Shown here: positions 13,432 through 25,752 of the stretch, one piece after another
Layout of the letters: every line of letters begins with the position of its first letter
Position numbering within the stretch: the first letter of the stretch is position 1
Assembly (NCBI RefSeq): GCF_023055435.1
Contig: NW_025963790.1
Coordinates: forward strand, 496,001-560,000
Origin: Haliotis rufescens
Taxonomy: Eukaryota
Reading direction: 5' to 3'
Length of the DNA: 64,000 nucleotides
Notes under the pieces: model-generated
Database searches by the model: none
What the model saw: the letters and a program-made list of their open reading frames with translations, nothing else
What the model was told of the DNA's origin: nothing
Made by a program: the position numbers and the translations under genes

Positions 13432-15770
13432 ATGACAAAGTCGAGCGGTACATGATTGAAATACAGAACCGACAACAGAAAGAAGGCAAGTCGATACAGG
13501 ATCTTGGGCAAGCCATACGCCGCGTAGCTAATCTTGCATATCCTGGTGTGACTCAAGATTGTAAGATTGCTTGAAACGCAGTCATTTCAAATCCCGCCAG
13601 TTCCGCTGACAAAGAATAGATAATTCTTCTCAAGAAGTCGGGGAATGGTTTGTATATAGTTGTAAATATTGTATGGAGATCTGTCAAACTGTTGTTGGAT
13701 ACTGATTCCAAAGAGAATGTGACGTCTCAAGAACAGTATCTTACATTTACAGAGGGTCAGATGTGTCCTGAGTTATTAAATAAAGTACTGTCGGAAATGC
13801 TAGAAAACTGCTTTTTTGGCTTCATTTAATACATACGAGTCATAGGACTATTAAAAGAGCATATATCAAAATAACGAAATTGCCTTAATCTAGCCTGTCC
13901 TAACTGACACTGTGATTACCCTTAAAATGTACTTTTACAGGTAAAATGATGATCAACTTAGAAAATATTCGTGTGTTGGCATGCATGTATGAAATAGCCT
14001 ATAACCTGAGGTAATTGCCTGACACCTGTCCCGAGGTGTTGACCTCACGCCGTCCCGCGCATTCTCACATGTGCAAATGTCACAAAATATTGCTGTTATT
14101 GTACTTAATTGACATAGGCGTTGATCGGGTAGCAATTAAGGATATGTACTGCATTATATTAGGTTGGAAACATGATGGAATAGTTAAGAGCTATGAAACG
14201 GGATGAGTATTAGAAGGTTGCGGTTTTGGAATCCAGAAGTATTTCTTGTTCTACAGATAATGTCTTGAGGTAGCATTTATCTCCCGCTGATGACGTATAT
14301 GAATCTGTACTTTTGAATGTTGTGTTTTGTCATGCCATGAACCCTTTACACTTAGTCAAGATGGGCACAACAGGGTTCAGCTCACAATGTCTGACTGGCG
14401 TACGTAAGACAACGTGACCGTGTTGTGCCGCCAGTACACGTGTCCTGTATTTTACAGGGTTCTTATTTATCCGAATTTTCTCCATGATTTGAACTTTCGT
14501 TTCATATGACCTGAAGTAGACAATGTCCTAAATTCCTGTATGGCGTTATCTATGACAATGACACTGACGTTGGGCAATAGCTGAAGTTCCAACCAGTCTA
14601 TGAACACATCACCTCCTATAATTTCCTTATGAAAATCACCAGTTTTCTTTTTCGCTTCAAAAACTAGCACACATCCATCAATAAGCACCATGTCATTGCA
14701 GCGTGCAAAACAATGACAGGATTACCTTTACCTGATGGTCTATGGGTGCTTTTTGTCCATCTGCCGGTAGCAACATGTAGTCAGTGGAATGATTCATCAA
14801 GGTAAATTATCTGGACGCCCTGACTCTGATAGTTATGAATGGTTCTGAGATAATATGACCTCATAGACAGGATTGAATATTTTCACCTGAAAAGAGCTCG
14901 GTCATCGCCACGTGCAGTGTATCGATATCCCATCTCTCGGAGAGCAATAGTTAGTGCAGTTAATATTAATTGTATCCTTAATTCCTCCCAAATTTTACCA
15001 CAAGTCGTGGTTACCTGCTGCTCGTGAAGCTTGAACACTTTACGCCTAATCACCCTGTATCAAAGCTGTCTAATATCCTTTTACGTCCCGATTTTGTTTT
15101 TGAGACCACCCCTATACCTGTTTTGTTTTATTTATCACACCGTAGACTTGATGGTATGAATGGGAAACCATATAGCTTGGGCAGTTCGGTAATTCACCCT
15201 ATCTAAATTAATAAATGGTTTCCCTCTATCTCTCTAAAGTGTAAAGAACTTGCATGCATTTCCCAATAGGGACTCCATATCTTGTACCATGGTTATAGCT
15301 ATGCAAGTGTAATGTAACATGCATCATGGAAGCAATGTTAGATGTGTGTGATTAGATGTGTTTTGAAGACTACATTATTATCATTGTAACGGAGTCACGT
15401 GCGCATGTTTCTAAAGTCCGATTCAGACTGACATCATTCCTGTTTTCGTTCGAATTTGTCTCCTGTAAACTTGTCGATAGGATTCCTTGTGACTGAAATA
15501 CTTCAAACCACAGGTAGGTCGATCGGTAGTTACTCGATATTTCAATAACAACAGTCTGTGAAAAATTCTATCCTTTTTTAACAGGCAAAAAACAGTTTTC
15601 TAGCATTTCCGACAGTACGTTACCTACTTCTGACGAAGTGAAACATGCAAATGGAAGTAGTCTCAAGTTGTATGGCAGGACCAGGATGACGATTCAGGTC
15701 AAGACTGTCAGCAAACAAGTTGACTTCCTTGTAGCAGGCATCAGAGGGTCAGCTATATTGGGACTAGATT
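13432..15770 (+). mobile_element. Gypsy-type LTR retrotransposon relic (gag + aspartic protease), interrupted by a DNA transposon
   Basis: Gag-like DKVERYMIEIQNRQQKEGKSIQDLGQAIRRVANLAYPG (~13435-13550); protease GLYIVVNI...VKLLLDTDS (~13640-13710), resuming after 15617 as VKHANGSSLKLYG...VDFLVAGIRGSAILGLDL. Confidence 0.8.
13788..15615 (-). mobile_element. IS630/Tc1-superfamily DNA transposon with both TIRs and a decayed transposase
   Basis: TIRs ctgtcggaaatgctagaaaactg / cagttttctagcatttccgacag, each flanked by TA. Minus-strand motifs IIYLDES, PSGKG..IVLHA, GDFHKEI, VIVIDNA, VLRTPVRHCELNP. Confidence 0.88.
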
Positions 15771-15771
15771 T

Positions 15772-15970
15772 GTTTATTTTGTTTGTTGTAGCAGCAATAT
15801 TCCAGCTATATGACGGTCGTCTGTAAATAATCGAGTCTGGACCAGACAATCCAGTGATTGGTATCATGAGCATCGATCCATGCAATTGGGATCGATCACA
15901 TGCATCAACCAAGTCAGCGAGCCTGACCACCCGATCCCGTTAGTCGCCTCTTACGACAAGCATAGTCGCC
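15772..15970 (-). mobile_element. SINE family A, 5' truncated
   Basis: Family match; truncates the Gypsy protease relic. Confidence 0.82.
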
Positions 15971-16471
15971 TGGGTATCATGCAGAAAGTAGAGGTACTGT
16001 AAGTCCCCATGATCCCCTGCGAGGTACCCTAGCTTTGGTTACTGGTGGCCTATAGCTCGTATACATGATATTGTCATGCTCAAATATGTTTCATAAATTG
16101 TTTTTAAATATAATATGCTCAAATATGTTAAATGAATTGTTTTAAATATAACTTTACTTAAATGACTCAATTTCAAACATATTAAACTTGGTCTCGTCGC
16201 TATATGGCCGAAATAATGCCGATGCGACGTTAAATTTTAACTCACTCACTCTAAAATTACGATGTCAATTACTGGATTGTCTGGTCCAGACTCGATTTTT
16301 TACAGACCGCCGTCATATAGCTGGAATATTGCTGAGTGCGGCGTTAAACAACAAAAAACAAAAACAAAGTATGCCCCCAACAGTAGAGGTATTGATCGTG
16401 AAAAAGAAAGTCCCACTAACGTTTGTAAACCACACTACTTCTGATAATTGAAAACAGTTGAAATGAAACTA

Positions 16472-16676
16472 CAGTGGAATCTTTCCAAACGGACTTCTGT
16501 GTAATCGAAAGTTTAGGCAGAGGTCTGGATTGGTGAGAGAGAATGTAATAGAAAATTAGAATGCAATAGAAAGGGTGACAGAAATAATATTAGTTATCAT
16601 AGTTAACTCGGGATCGTTAATGTCGCATTGACAGAAATCCGGAATAGTCACAGTCCGGTTTTGTTAGATTCCACTG
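16472..16676. mobile_element. pogo/Tigger-like MITE
   Basis: TA|cagtggaatct ... agattccactg|TA. Confidence 0.65.
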
Positions 16677-16900
16677 TATGGCTGGCTGTTTTATGTCGTC
16701 AATGCAATGTGCATGTCGATTGTCAACAGAGCAGAACAGAACGTTTCACGCCGCGTTTTACGGCATATGAAGTACAACAAACTTGAACAAGTTCATAGAA
16801 CGTGAGTGAGTATGGTTTTATGCCGCCGTTAGCAATATTCCAGCAATATAACGGCGTGGTCACCCGAAATTGGCTTCACTCATTGTACCCATGTGACGTT

Positions 16901-16902
<2 letters not shown>

Positions 16903-16988
<86 letters not shown>

Positions 16989-17075
16989 CCCCACACACAC
17001 ATACACATGCGTACGCACACATACGTACATACACACACACACATACGTACACACACATGCGTACGCACGCACGCA

Positions 17076-17112
<37 letters not shown>

Positions 17113-17163
17113 ATGCGTACGCACACATACGTACATAGACACACACATACGTACACACACATG

Positions 17164-17229
<66 letters not shown>
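16903..17229. repeat. Compound (CA)n/(CT)n microsatellite
   Basis: Read directly from the sequence. Confidence 0.97.
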
Positions 17230-17230
<1 letters not shown>

Positions 17231-18463
17231 TAAAGCCGTTCAGCTATTTATTGTCTGTTTAGCAGGCTCAAATAAATCCCTTAAAGATTTGAACCAAGGT
17301 TTTGACTGATGGTGTTAAAACAAAAATAATAATCAGAATTAATTTCGGATTCGAAATACAATCAAGTGATCATGAAACGACAAAGAACGCAACAGGACGC
17401 AGCGAATCGTGCCACCCGTGCCCGGGCCAAGAGAAGAAATACACGAAGATCGTGTCTCAGTCACAGACAAGTTGTGACGTCGCTCCCAGTGGATTGGTGT
17501 CGCGGCAATGGTGCGAGTTTAAACCTCAGTGTGGGATGTCATGACAGTATGGGAGTATTTGAATAGATAAATATACCTGATCTCAATAGGGCTAGTTGCA
17601 ACAAGTACGTTGTCATTAAATTCACCCACCTTACCCAAGAAGGTGTTGATTCGATTGGTCAATGCTAATCCAATAATGAGTCGAGGCGTTTCTTCCTGGT
17701 TCGGTTCAAGTCGATCAGCGCTTTGACATTGTGGAGAAAATAGACTCGTTGAATATGATTTGAGGGTTGCTTGCATGTCATAAGTCAAGTACAAAGAAGT
17801 TCATGGGATTGCGTTACAGAGATGTAGGGTTTGGGAGATCTCGACCGTGTGTAGCAGATTGACGAGCGTGTAACAGAGCGACATAATAGGGTCTTTGTGA
17901 GTACAGACACCCGGAATCGGGGCAGTCGGTGGCGTCTCAGCCAAGTATTCAGGCCTCACTGTTTCCATTTTATCGTAAAGGCCTAGAGCTTTCCTCAGAA
18001 CTACCTATCTTTGGTAGGTCGAAAAAAAATAATTGTGTACCCTCATGTTTATGACTTTACTTTGTTTTATTGAAGTTGTTTTGTTGTATTGATGTAAGCA
18101 ATAAACCAGGCTAATGCTACATTAAGTGAACAATTTTAAATAATTGACATGTACACAACATCGCGTCGTTACCATACAGTGATGGAGTTTCTGCTTGTGA
18201 CACAGAATGCTTTGTTCATAGATAGTGTGTTCAATCATTTTTTTCATCAATGATCATATTCCTGTTTATCCCACTTAAAGCGGTCCCAGGTTTATATAGA
18301 TATATATATATATATATATACTGTCACAACGCAATGGACAGAGAACACATAGGTGGAAGCCAATAGGGACATGAAGCCAATTAAACAGTAAAAGTGATTA
18401 TTGCTTGATGAGTTCATAGTAGGCGGATGAGTATACATTGACAAGAATGTCCCCTACCCACAG

Positions 18464-18944
18464 TTGACGGTGGGTGGTCTGACTGGGAGGTAAGGGTGAC
18501 CGACTGTACGGCCTCGTGTGGAGGGGGGTTACAGGTGTACATCGAGACAAGGAGCTGCACCAACCCACCCCCGAGTCATGACGGAGCATCTTTCCAGGCC
18601 TTGAGGCTAAACGGGGCCACGGGTGGCCCAGTCGTCTAAGGCGCCGCGATTCGCTGTGCAGAGTTGCGTCCCTTGGGCACGCCAGAAACCTATGATTGTG
18701 GGTTCGAATCCCGGTTCGCCCCGATTATGTTTCTAGATTTGTCAGCACCATACCCGTGCTCGTGGGTTTCACCGAAGTGGTAAACGTCTGGGACCTGCGT
18801 CACTTCGGGCTTTCCTCCCACATTAAGGTGACACGCCGTGATATATCTGGAATACTGTTAAAAGCGGCGTTAAACCCAACTCACTCGCTCACTCACTTGA
18901 GGCTTAACAGCGCACTGAGGCTTGCTGTCTTGAACCATGCCAAG
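18464..18944 (+). pseudogene. Orphan TSP1 exon of a Pif-like paralog, frameshifted and split by a SINE
   Basis: cag|VDGGWSDWEVRVTDCTASCGGGLQVYIETRSCTNPPPSHDGAS/PGLEA[SINE 18613-18895]QRTEACCLEPCQ(G)|GTGAGA. Same phase 1-1 boundaries and W/C spacing as exon 34378-34560. Confidence 0.85.
18613..18895 (+). mobile_element. SINE family B (tRNA head, V-domain-like TTTCCTCCCAC core, (TCAC)n tail), full length with target-site duplication
   Basis: A box tggcccagtcgtctaagg and B box ggttcgaatccc; 13-bp TSD cttgaggct(a/t)aac. Other copies at 8251-8405, 20620-20750 (-) and 39391-39662. Confidence 0.88.
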
Positions 18945-19092
18945 GTGAGACACATGATTCTTAAAACGAATCGGTCTGTACAACGGTCACTCTCTATACC
19001 AGTTCCTTTGTTTACTGATAAGTTCATCGTAAAATATATCAATATCAATATTGTGTCAACGCAAAAGTCTCCTTGCTTTGTAATATGATGCT

Positions 19093-19820
19093 GACCCATG
19101 AAGATCCGGAGCAGAATAGGTCTTCAGCAACCCATGCTTGCCGACTATGCTTGTCGTAAGAGGCGACTAACGGGATCGGGTGGTCAGGCTCGCTGACTTG
19201 GTTGATTCATGTCATCGATCCCAATTGCGTGGATCGATGCTCATGATGTCAATCACTGGATTGTCTGGTCCAGACTCGATTATGTGCGACGTTAAACAAC
19301 AAAACAACCAACCATCTTACAGTATTTGGTCTTAAAGCGAATTTTCAAAATGAAAATCTTTTTAAACCTGTATTTAAAACTATCTGTCGTCGACACGTTT
19401 ATACCAGCGTCACAGGATTTCAGTCAGTTTCAGCATTAATTATAAGTCCCGTATACAGAAGGTGAAGCAATAAGGGAGTCTCAATTCCGAGTGGACCCGT
19501 GAAGAATAGGTCTTCAGCAACCCATACTTGTCGTAAGAGGCGACTAACGGGATCGGATGGTCAGACTCGCTGACTTGGTTGATGCATGTTATCGATCCCA
19601 ATTGCATGGATCGATGCCCGTTGTGTTAATCACGGGATTGTCTAGTGCCCGACCACTTGATCCCGTTAGTCACCTCATAGGACAATAATGGGTTGCAGAA
19701 GACATATTCTAACCCCACTTGACAATTAATTAATGAGCGAACCTTTAGACCCTTGAAGATCCGGAATAGAATAGGTCTTCAGCAACCCATGCTTGGCGTA
19801 CAAGGCGACTAACGGGATGG
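19093..19820 (+). mobile_element. Cluster of SINE family A copies and fragments
   Basis: Copies at ~19093-19310, ~19495-19640, ~19650-19710 (-) and ~19748-19820. Confidence 0.8.
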
Positions 19821-19829
19821 GCTGTGCAA

Positions 19830-20058
19830 GCCCACTGAGATACCATGTCACAATTTTGACATGAATACCCACACAGACACAACATACTGAATCTGAGCCG
19901 ACCAGTCCCTGTTTTAGCCACTTAATGCCGAGCGCCAGACATGGTAACACCAAGAAGTATAATCTGTTTACGTCTGTCGGTATGACGTGGCCGGGGATCG
20001 AACTACCGACGTATCTCTTTCTGGGCAAGCGCTCTATCCACTAGGCCACGGAGGCAGT
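19830..20058 (-). mobile_element. SINE family D (tRNA-derived, CORE-like body); second copy at ~4850-5075
   Basis: Minus-strand A and B boxes (gtggcctagtggatagagcg, gttcgatccccgg); body 'gagccgacca...aatgccgagcgccag' shared with 4940-5000. Confidence 0.72.
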
Positions 20059-20257
20059 TAAGAAACCAACACATGGAGCAATTAATTTGATTTAATCCAA
20101 ATAGTATTCAGACACAGAAAGAGAAGTGCTATCAAAGTGTACATGAATAGTATTATAAGATAAGAAAGAGAAGACATCTTCAAGTTGGTAATGACAGTTC
20201 AACATTTGGTGGCCATCAGTGCATATCGGCATGTGTAATTGTGCTTCCTTATCGTTG

Positions 20258-20299
20258 TTATAACCAGTTTAGGGTCGGCGTGCACATAAACACGTCTAC
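20258..20299 (-). pseudogene. Relic terminal exon of a Pif-like paralog (VDVFMCTPTLNWL*)
   Basis: gtgttccag acceptor, phase 0; resembles [14 protein letters not shown] of the intact gene. Short, so moderate confidence. Confidence 0.5.
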
Positions 20300-20519
20300 C
20301 TGGAACACCACATTCACATGGGTGACAATGAAGCCATAGAAAGTCATACGACGATCAGTGAACACTGGATAATTGCGCACTGAATTCTAAAATTATTTAT
20401 GAATTGCGTCGTGGTCTAAACGCCACTTGGTATTTTGTTCAATTACATCATGGCGAATTAACAAAATACCATTGACACGGGTAACAAATGAGAAATGTTT
20501 TGATTCTGAACGATTTTCT

Positions 20520-20584
20520 ATGAGGCCACGAAATGTCCCCCACACCGCTGTTGTACCGACAGCTGGTGCACGGGTTCACTGAAT
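20520..20584 (-). pseudogene. Truncated CBM14 exon start of a Pif-like paralog
   Basis: ctccttag acceptor (phase 1), then SVNPCTSCRYNSGVGDISWP, versus [19 protein letters not shown] in the intact gene. Confidence 0.75.
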
Positions 20585-20852
20585 CTAAGGAGTTAATAAA
20601 TCTATGGGCCTTTCAACCTTATGCAGGTACTGACACATCTAGAAACATAATCGGGGCGAACCGGAATTCAAACCCACAATCATATTTTTCTGGCGTGCCC
20701 AGGGACACAACGTATTGCGACGCCTTAGTCAGCTGGGCTCCCCGTGTCCCCTCTGGTCATCGATAGACTGGAGGATTATCAATAGTTTACAAGGTCACTT
20801 GCCTTTGCAGTCTATTGTGCCGCAATCCACATATGCCGTGTTGGTTCCGGGC

Positions 20853-21335
20853 CCCTTAGCGCTACGACTGTTGAAAGTCTATTTTAAAGTATGCGAGTTA
20901 CAGTCACCTTTGCGCCACGACTGTCGTAAGTCTATGTTAAAGCATGGGACTTACTGTCCCCTTAGCGCTACAACAGTCGTAAGCCTATGTTAAAGTATGC
21001 GAGTTACAGTCACCTTAGCGCTACAACAGTCGTAAGTCTATTTTAAAGTATGCGAGTTACAGTCACCTTAGCGCTACAACAGTCGTAAGTCTATGTTAAA
21101 GTATGCGAGTTACAGTCACCTTAGCGCTACAACAGTCGTAAGTCTAAGTTAAAGTATGCGAGTTACAGTCACCTTAGCGCTACAACAGTCGTAAGTCTAT
21201 GTTAAAGTATGCGAGTTACAGTCACCTTAGCGCTACAACAGTCGTAAGTCTAAGTTAAAGTATGCGAGTTACAGTCAACTTTGCGCCACGACTGTCGTAA
21301 GTCTATGTTAAAGTATTGGAGTTACAGTCACTTTA
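20853..21335. repeat. 53-bp minisatellite, ~9 units
   Basis: Unit ccttagcgctacaacagtcgtaagtctatgttaaagtatgcgagttacagtca. Confidence 0.95.
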
Positions 21336-21555
21336 GCCTGTATTATTTGCAACATTTATGTGTCTATACCATCTTTGGCTGATCACAAACAAGGAACAAT
21401 TGCTTACACTTCCAAGATCTCGTTCTCACATGTTATTGTCACACCACAAATACACAATACGACCGGCATCCCTGGAATTGGACGCGGGGAAATTAATTGA
21501 CAAGATCATATTTTTGCAAAATCAAAATATTTGGAAATAATGCCAATCATTATAG

Positions 21556-21697
21556 GTAGTTACTGTGGGTGTTGGTAACAGAGTTAACACGGAGGAGCTG
21601 ATGGGTATCGCATCGTATCCTGAGAATGTCAAAGAGCTCCCCAACTTTGACGAACTTCGTTCAAACATCGCACAGCTAGTACTGAAAGTTTGTATCG
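21556..21697 (+). pseudogene. 3' fragment of a VWA exon from a Pif-like paralog
   Basis: VVTVGVGNRVNTEELMGIASYPENVKELPNFDELRSNIAQLVLKVCI aligns ungapped (16/47 identical by my count) to the end of exon 32231-32773. It stops at the same splice position, with ATTAGT in place of a GT donor. Confidence 0.85.
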
Positions 21698-21827
21698 ATT
21701 AGTATTCGTCAATTATTGTGCCCTGAACGCTTTTCGTTTCTTGAAAACATTTTCATCGCAACTATTGTGACATGCTTTTAATGCCTTTCGTAGTTACTGG
21801 ACGTTGTGTAGCCGTGGTGTTTATATA

Positions 21828-21990
21828 GAGTGAGTGAGTATGGTTTTACGCCGCATTTAGCAATATTCCAGCAATATCACGGCGGGAAACATCAGAAATG
21901 GGCTGCACACATTGTATCCATGTGGAGAATCGAACCCAGGTCGTCGGTGTGACAAGCGAACGCTTTAACCACTAGGCTACCCTACTGTCC
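21828..21990 (-). mobile_element. SINE family C
   Basis: Reverse-complement match to 42716-42878. Confidence 0.85.
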
Positions 21991-22084
21991 ATGGACTCCC
22001 TGAGGTATGGGAGGCCAAACTTTGTTCAGATACATTGACAACTCGACAAGTGTGCCTAACTTTTGTGGTAAGACATCACGGCAA

Positions 22085-22830
22085 GAAGTAGACATCCCCA
22101 TGGGCAACAACTGTGCTCCCCTTCTTGTGGATCTGTTTCTTTATGCATATGAATCGGAATTTCTGCTCGGACATGCAAAGTCAAAACAAGGTCATTTAGC
22201 CAAGAATTTTAACTTAGGCTTCAGGTATATTGATGATCTGATATCGTTCAATAACCACCAAACAGTCAATTCCCTTCCACTGATTTACCCTCATGAACTA
22301 GAAAAAAAGGAGACAAGTGGGACCGCCTCATATGTTTCATATTTCGACCTATGCATAACGATTCAGAGTGACAAAACACTCTCCAGCCGCTCCAGCCTTT
22401 GGTGTTTATATTTCACAACGTTTGAGATACATACGAGCATGCTCTTTCCACCAAGACTTTTCTTCAGAACATTCAAGGCCCCAGTAAAGCTTTCAAAAAG
22501 TTTTATGGTAGACAAGTGCAGGATATTTCCAAACTTGACGCATCAATGACAAAAATGACTTGTACCATATGTTCCTGTGTTTTTTCAGGTGAACAATTGA
22601 CTTGCCTTTGCATGTGTTCGTAACATCAATGGCGTACATCAATGGAGCTGTCACAGACAAGATATTAGAACTGTGCTGTAATAATGTTATTTGAGGCCTT
22701 GTCAGTAGCAACAACTACAAACTTTGGATGACAGCTGGCTGAAACAGAATGGGTTTATTCCAATTCAGTTTCCTCTTTGTAAGTTTGTGCATTCTACCAA
22801 TGACAACATCACGCACTGACTTAACCCTCT
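22085..22830 (+). mobile_element. Penelope-like element reverse transcriptase fragments (last ~160 bp inverted)
   Basis: IPMGNNCAPLLVDLFLYAYE and [12 protein letters not shown]; minus-strand KFVVVATDKASNNII near 22680-22730. Confidence 0.8.
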
Positions 22831-23278
22831 CTGAAATACATTCAACACATATAAACATGTTTTGGACGGCTGAATACATCTAGATATATTGTACTCAAAC
22901 AGATTCATGTCCTGCCTGCTCACAATGGGACACATTGAAAACATGGTATTTCATTTTCAATGGATTTCTAATATAGGATTTTATTGCCAAAATCCTTTTG
23001 TAGAGGATATGGACAAATAAATAGGTCAACATAATGGTATGGGTTATAATGACATCGTGATGAATAGTGACGTAGTTTTACTGTTGTTGTTAAACGCCGC
23101 ATTGGTCTATCTAAATGGCGGCCGATCAATAGTTGACAACGCTGCTGTTGACTAACGATTGCATAACGTCCAAGCTGTGTCGGGTTATCATGACACGCAA
23201 CAATGTCACGGAGTCTTGCCACCCGTTCTATTCCGTCGCCTTGTACGACGCTGATATCAGACTATACGGAAATAAAAA

Positions 23279-23848
23279 ACCCGTGAAGATCCTGGGTAGA
23301 ACAGGTTTACAGCAACCCATGTTTGCCGCAAAAGGCGAATATGCTTGTCGTAAGAGTCGACTAACGGGATCGGGTGGTCAGACTCGTTGACTTGGTTGAT
23401 GCATGTCATCGTATCTTAATCGCGTGGAGCAATGCTCACGATGTCAATCACTGGATTGTCTGGTCCAGACTCGATTATTTACAGACCGTCGTCATATAGC
23501 TGTAATATTGCTGAGTGCGGCGTGAAACAAACAAACGGAAATCTAAAAAAACCATCAGACCTCTTTTAGGTGTAGTTTGGGTCCAATTGAGATGGAATCT
23601 TAGATGTATGTCTGCATCACACCTTTCGTGATTCAAAGTTGAGTGTGCTTGTCGTAAGAGGCGACTAACGGGATCGGATGGTCAGGCTCCTGACTTGGTT
23701 GATCGATGCCATTGTATCCCAATTGCGTGGATTGATGCTAATGATGTCAATCACTGGATTGTCTGGTCCGGACTCGATTATTTAGAAACCGTCGTCATAT
23801 AGCTGGAATATTGGTGAGTGCGGCGTCAAACAAACAAACAAACAAACA
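23279..23848 (+). mobile_element. Two SINE family A copies (23279-23535, 23646-23848)
   Basis: Family match; the first is flanked by ggaaat..aaaaaa direct repeats. Confidence 0.85.
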
Positions 23849-25752
23849 ATCATGAATGTAACTCTACTGGAAGTATTAACTTTTTTTTATAATTTACACG
23901 ACAAAAGACACCACCAAACGTCTTTCAACAGTCATTAGATGTACAATGTACCCTTGTGCACAATAATAATAAAAAAATATGTTTGAATTTATCATTCAGA
24001 AGGGAGAAATGTTGAGTTGAGAGGATAACATGTTTGAGTCAGTGACACCTTTTTGTCATTTTCTATAGAAGCACCTTGACACATTCCCCTCCAGGTTCAG
24101 TTTACAGATTGCAAGTGAACGATACAGCATTCATCGTTCAGAAAGTGTACCCATCGAATGCTGATTTCACGAACGGCGTTGATGGAAACTTATGTCTCGA
24201 ATATATTTAAGTATAATACGTCGACACCAGACAATAATAAGTCGCGATAATCGGCCGAAACAGATTCCATTATTATATTTTACATTCAGTTTTTTTAATG
24301 AATATAATACGTCAGCGTCCCGATTATCCGACGAAACAGATCCCATTGTTTGTAAAAGGCAAAATAGCAGGGGGAAATTATATGAATGAATCACTTAAAA
24401 TCAATTCTTACACCCGGCGAAAAGGGTACCAATGGACGATATTTTGTCGTATTAACATTTGCTTTGCGAGATAACTTCAATAAATATACTGCACTGATAA
24501 CGTAATAATTTCACCGTGACGTACAATGTATTTATAATGTGTTTTACATTAGGTGATCTGGTCTTTCTTCATGACTATCTTTGAAGACAAAATAACGGAG
24601 TGGGACTAATTTACTTACTGATAGAAACAACATTCATCAGTTGAACTAAACGTTTAAATAAATTAAAACCCGTTCAGTTTCGGTACAAATTTACAAACAG
24701 CAATACCACGGCAGAGACGAGGAACATCATGGCGCAAGCTCCTCTACAGAAATCTTTTGTATTACCATTAGTTCGTTGGATGCATTCTACGAATAACGCA
24801 ACTACACTTCACAAAGTTGGTCTGATAATAGGGATCTTTCAATAGTCTAAAGATACATGTTTTTCAAAGGAGACATTAACTACGCCTACGTTACGTAAAC
24901 GTGAGGGTCACTTCGTGCGCGTCATTTCTTACTTTCCACCCACTAGCGAGGTTTGGGTTAAACCCATTCTCTGAATTACTCACCTGTGAATACATCCTTT
25001 ATCTGTTCATGCTTTATGAGCGAATACGTCGATAGTGGCGTGGCGATATATATGCAGCAGCTATAAAAAGAAAGTTTTGTCCGATGTACCAGATTTCATA
25101 TCAGATATGCGTGATGATTCTTGTTATAATAATACACATGCAATCATACCAACTTTCCAACCATGGCGTGGCATTTTAAAATCATACTGCACAAAAAACA
25201 TTTTTTTTGTAAATATTTAAAATTGAAACTCTTACATTTACATCGTCGTTTTGTCGTAGGAAACGACGATGCAAATGAATGTTTGAAAACTGATTTATGC
25301 AGAGATTTCTATAGGATATGGAAAAGGTGTTGTCGCTTTGTTTGTATCATCATGTTCACATGAATCCAGCAGGTTTAGTGACATCCTGTTATGCTTGAGC
25401 ATAATTTGGAGAAGAATATTCCTCAAAATAATTTACGTCAGGTGTGATAAAACATAATTGATTCATTTGACAAAAAGGTGAACAGAATGTTGAGCTTAAT
25501 GTTGGCCTGAGTCACTCCAGGTTGTCTTCCCACGTACGCAGTGGTATCAAGAATGGCTAGTGTTTTTCAGGGAGATTATTGACTTGCCTAGACATGATTG
25601 TGTATATGAATCATAAATATGTGCTCATGAAAAAGTCGAAATTGTGCAATGGATTCTGCTTTAGTGGAGATTTCTTGTGATAATGGAAAGGATTTTGTCG
25701 CTTGTATCTGACTGAATGATACCGAGGAGTGTCGTCTATAAGTCTGTACAGT

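Noticed and set aside
16860-17230. Cys/Val- and His/Thr-rich ORFs
   Set aside because: They are translations of the (CA)n/(CT)n microsatellite.
17560-18000. Possible Maverick/Polinton capsid-like relic (LPKKVLIRLVN)
   Set aside because: A single short motif that I could not extend by eye.
21408-21471. Minus-strand 64-nt AG..GT segment as a relic LamG exon
   Set aside because: Splice signals and phase would fit, but the translations I checked contain stops and show no convincing similarity.
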